64,000 nt of DNA from NCBI RefSeq assembly GCF_006345805.1, contig NC_043026.1:1736001-1800000 (forward strand), in the 5' to 3' direction. The position numbers and the translations under genes were made by a program. The notes under the pieces are model-generated. The model was not told the DNA's origin. It made no database searches and saw nothing but the letters and a program-made list of their open reading frames with translations. Each line of letters opens with the position of its first letter. Within the stretch, counting starts at the first letter, position 1. Below, piece by piece: positions 63,600-64,000 of this stretch. The DNA comes from Octopus sinensis (taxonomy: Eukaryota).

Positions 63600-64000
63600 T
63601 ATATGTTGGAAATTTAACATTATTCCTTTATATTGAGTGCTTACTTGAATATCTGCCAGAACTTTTTAATCCCATTTTTCCTTATATATATATATATATA
63701 TATATCACCGTGACCGACCAGGCTATCAGATGTTGCTACACATCGCTGGTCACAATGCGCTTCACACTGTTTTAGCCTTCAAATGACGCCACCCCACTGG
63801 CTAAATGAGCAGGCCAACAGTAGAAAGAGTGAGAGAAAGTTGTGGCGAAAGAGTACAGCAGGGATCGCCACCACCCCCTGCCGGAGCCACGTGGAGCTTT
63901 TTAGCTGTTTTCGCTCAATAAACACTCACAACACCCGGTCTCGGAATCGAAACTGCGATCCTACAACCGCGAGTCCGCTGCCCTAACCACCGGGCCATTG

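Overview
AT-rich, microsatellite- and transposon-dense animal genomic DNA, most likely an octopus (coleoid cephalopod), judged from the CORE-type SINE families, RTE LINEs with (GAT)n tails and very long TA/CA/TACA arrays. Two spliced genes lie head-to-head around a CpG-richer island at about 16.6-17.5 kb. ANAPC7 is on the minus strand (three coding exons at 13276-13341, 10426-10548 and 9027-9098; the gene continues leftwards). PTRH2/PTH2 is on the plus strand (four coding exons at 33785-33913, 38294-38383, 52820-52941 and 60192-60304; the last exon was not found in the window). All splice phases join in frame. The introns contain RTE and CR1 LINE fragments, SINEs, two full-length mariner copies in inverted orientation, autonomous and non-autonomous Helitrons, hAT and piggyBac-like MITEs and a gag remnant. 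Most ORFs in the supplied track are microsatellite or repeat artefacts. The less obvious signals are: (1) five sequence-distinct, mostly decayed minimal type-I hammerhead ribozyme motifs of the Penelope/retrozyme kind; (2) a two-exon antisense pseudogene whose stops look like CpG decay, with an inverted copy of one exon inside its intron; (3) a 98%-like inverted mariner pair bracketing PTRH2 coding exons 1-2; (4) many fold-back inversions at element junctions.
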